Source of the DNA: Pseudomonas aeruginosa
Lineage (GTDB): Bacteria > Pseudomonadota > Gammaproteobacteria > Pseudomonadales > Pseudomonadaceae
Assembly (NCBI RefSeq): GCF_001457615.1
Contig: NZ_LN831024.1
Coordinates: 3,810,001 to 3,842,000 of the forward strand
Direction of reading: 5' to 3'
DNA length: 32,000 nucleotides
Shown in pieces: positions 30,505-32,000 of this stretch. Position numbers and translations under genes: made by a program. The notes beneath the pieces were generated by a model. The model had not been told where the DNA came from. It was given only the letters and a program-made list of their open reading frames with translations, and ran no database searches. The stretch's first letter is position 1. Each line of letters begins with the position of its first letter.

Positions 30505-31278
30505 ATGACTCTACCTTCCCTGACATCGTTCATGCCTCATTTCGGCGCACCTGCGCTGCTCCTGCTGCAGTTGCTCGCGGCCCTGCCAGCGACGGCCGCG
30601 GAGACCGACGCGACGCCATTGCGCTTCTCGGTGATGGAAAGCTGGAGCATGCCGTTGGTCCGCCTGCAACGGGGCCAGCCGATCGACGGCATCGTCTACG
30701 ACATCACCCGCTCCCTTGCCCGGCAGGTCGGCCGCAAGGCGCTCTACCACCCCTACCCGCGCGGGCGCATCGAGCAGGCGATGAACGCTGGCGAAATCGA
30801 TGTCCGCTGCTACATCAGCCCCGCCTGGCTCAGCCACGACTTCCCCGGCTATCGCTGGAGCGTCGCGCTGCTGGTGCAACGCGACATCCTGGTCGCCCGC
30901 GAAGGCTTCGCGCCGATTCCCGAGGCGCTGCCGGCCCAGCGTATCGGTACCGTCCTTGGCTACAGCTATCCCCGCTTGCAAGCGCTGTTCGACATCGGCC
31001 GACTGCGCCGCGACGATGCGCGCACCCAGGATCTGGTGCTGGAAAAGCTGCGCGCCGGCCGCTACCGCTACGCGGTCAGCCATCAACTGTCGCTGCACTG
31101 GAGCAACCGCCAGGCGCCGGGGCAGCCGCCACTCCAGGAAGCCGCGCAGCTCGAAGAGACGGCGGTGAGCTGCATGGTGCGGGACTCCGCAGAGGTTCCG
31201 GTGGAAGCGATACTGAAGACGTTCGAGGAAATGAAGCGCAGCGGAGAGATCGAGGAGATACTGCAGCGCTACCGATAA
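30505..31278 (+). CDS. Secreted/periplasmic solute-binding-like protein (SBP family 3-like), 257 aa
   Basis: This is the C-terminal part of ORF 29506..31278. ATG at 30505 preceded by GGTGG, with an alternative ATG at 30532. Signal-peptide-like LLLLQLLAALPATAAE. Confidence 0.65.
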   Translation: MTLPSLTSFMPHFGAPALLLLQLLAALPATAAETDATPLRFSVMESWSMPLVRLQRGQPIDGIVYDITRSLARQVGRKALYHPYPRGRIEQAMNAGEIDVRCYISPAWLSHDFPGYRWSVALLVQRDILVAREGFAPIPEALPAQRIGTVLGYSYPRLQALFDIGRLRRDDARTQDLVLEKLRAGRYRYAVSHQLSLHWSNRQAPGQPPLQEAAQLEETAVSCMVRDSAEVPVEAILKTFEEMKRSGEIEEILQRYR

Positions 31279-31531
31279 GAGCGGCGGCGGCGTGCGGAAA
31301 ATGGCGGGCCTGAAATGGAGGCGGCCCCGCCAGCCACACCCCGGCACACGATGTTCCCGCTGTGGCTGCTTCCTTCCGGACCTGACCAGGTTGACGGGTA
31401 ATCGTTGCGGGGGGACCGACAGGGCCACCATTGCAGCCTACCCTCGGGTAGGCCGCGCCATTCTACCGGCTTGCGCGTAAGTTACAACCACTTCAAGCAC
31501 TTACGTTTGCAATCCATTTCGCGAAAGCGGT

Positions 31532-31909
31532 TCATTGCTGCTGGATCAGACCCTCCGGCGGCGGCTGGGTCGATACGCTCAGCTCGGTATCGACATACAG
31601 GTCCAGGGTGCCCCAGCCCGGCTTGGTGCTGAACGACGCATACTTCTCCTCACCGCGATGGAAGGAGAAGGCGATCCGGTAATCGCTGCCGCCGAACAGC
31701 TTCACCGGAAACTCGCGGACCTGGCCGGGCCGGATCTCCCCGGAGAAGGTTTCCACGCCCTGCTCCTTGTAGCTGTAGGCGATCGGCGCCGAAGCCTGGC
31801 CACTGTAATGCAGCAGGATGCGCGGCCGCTCGCTCCAACCCACGTAGGCGCCGAACAGCACCACCAATGCGAGCACGCCCAGCAACCGCTGCTTTCTTGC
31901 CTTGTCCAT
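31532..31909 (-). CDS. Hypothetical membrane-anchored or exported protein, 125 aa
   Basis: GGAG lies 6 nt upstream of the ATG at 31909. N-terminal hydrophobic helix LLGVLALVVLFGAYVGW followed by a beta-rich domain. Confidence 0.65.
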   Translation of the reverse strand: MDKARKQRLLGVLALVVLFGAYVGWSERPRILLHYSGQASAPIAYSYKEQGVETFSGEIRPGQVREFPVKLFGGSDYRIAFSFHRGEEKYASFSTKPGWGTLDLYVDTELSVSTQPPPEGLIQQQ

Positions 31910-31954
31910 CGTTAACTCCAGTCTTCGGAAATCTTTCGCAGCAGCGCCGCCGCT

Positions 31955-32000
31955 TCAGCGGGCGACGCCGTGCTCGTCAAACAGTTTCAGCAGGCCGTCT
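31955..32000 (-). CDS. ligA: 3' end (last 14 codons plus stop) of a gene truncated by the window edge, probably NAD-dependent DNA ligase
   Basis: The reading frame ends ...DGLLKLFDEHGVAR-stop (TGA at 31955-31957). The C-terminus resembles a LigA BRCT end, and lig neighbours this locus in PAO1 from memory. The fragment is too short for certainty. Confidence 0.35.
   Translation of the reverse strand, partial: DGLLKLFDEHGVAR

Overview
High-GC (~66%) gamma-proteobacterial chromosome. Gene content and order match, from memory, the Pseudomonas aeruginosa core region PA1561 (aer) to PA1529 (lig), read in reverse orientation. I call 33 protein-coding genes. They are aer, a reductase/hydrolase pair, two tandem cbb3 cytochrome oxidase operons (ccoN2O2Q2P2 then ccoN1O1Q1P1), the maturation cluster ccoGHIS plus a coupled fifth membrane gene, hemN, a small acidic hypothetical, anr, apt, a metal-dependent hydrolase, an mdtJI-like SMR pair, a TetR regulator divergent from a Baeyer-Villiger monooxygenase/SDR operon, a CbrC-family gene, an acyl-CoA dehydrogenase, recR, ybaB, dnaX, a periplasmic binding-like protein, a small hypothetical and the last codons of ligA. 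No rRNA, tRNA, CRISPR, IS, integrase or phage signature was seen. I do not see a horizontally acquired island or a new multi-gene system. The unexplained signals are mainly regulatory: (1) a perfect GCGAC-N5-GTCGC palindrome in three respiratory intergenic regions; (2) perfect Anr boxes at ccoN2 and hemN, plus degenerate ones at aer and anr; (3) a Shine-Dalgarno-equipped 28-codon uORF and structured leader ahead of mdtJI; (4) interleaved, pseudoknot-type inverted repeats abutting the dnaX start; (5) a 147-nt convergent CDS overlap; (6) a (GCTCGG)10 coding microsatellite in dnaX. All alignments and motif scans were done by eye and no database search was possible.
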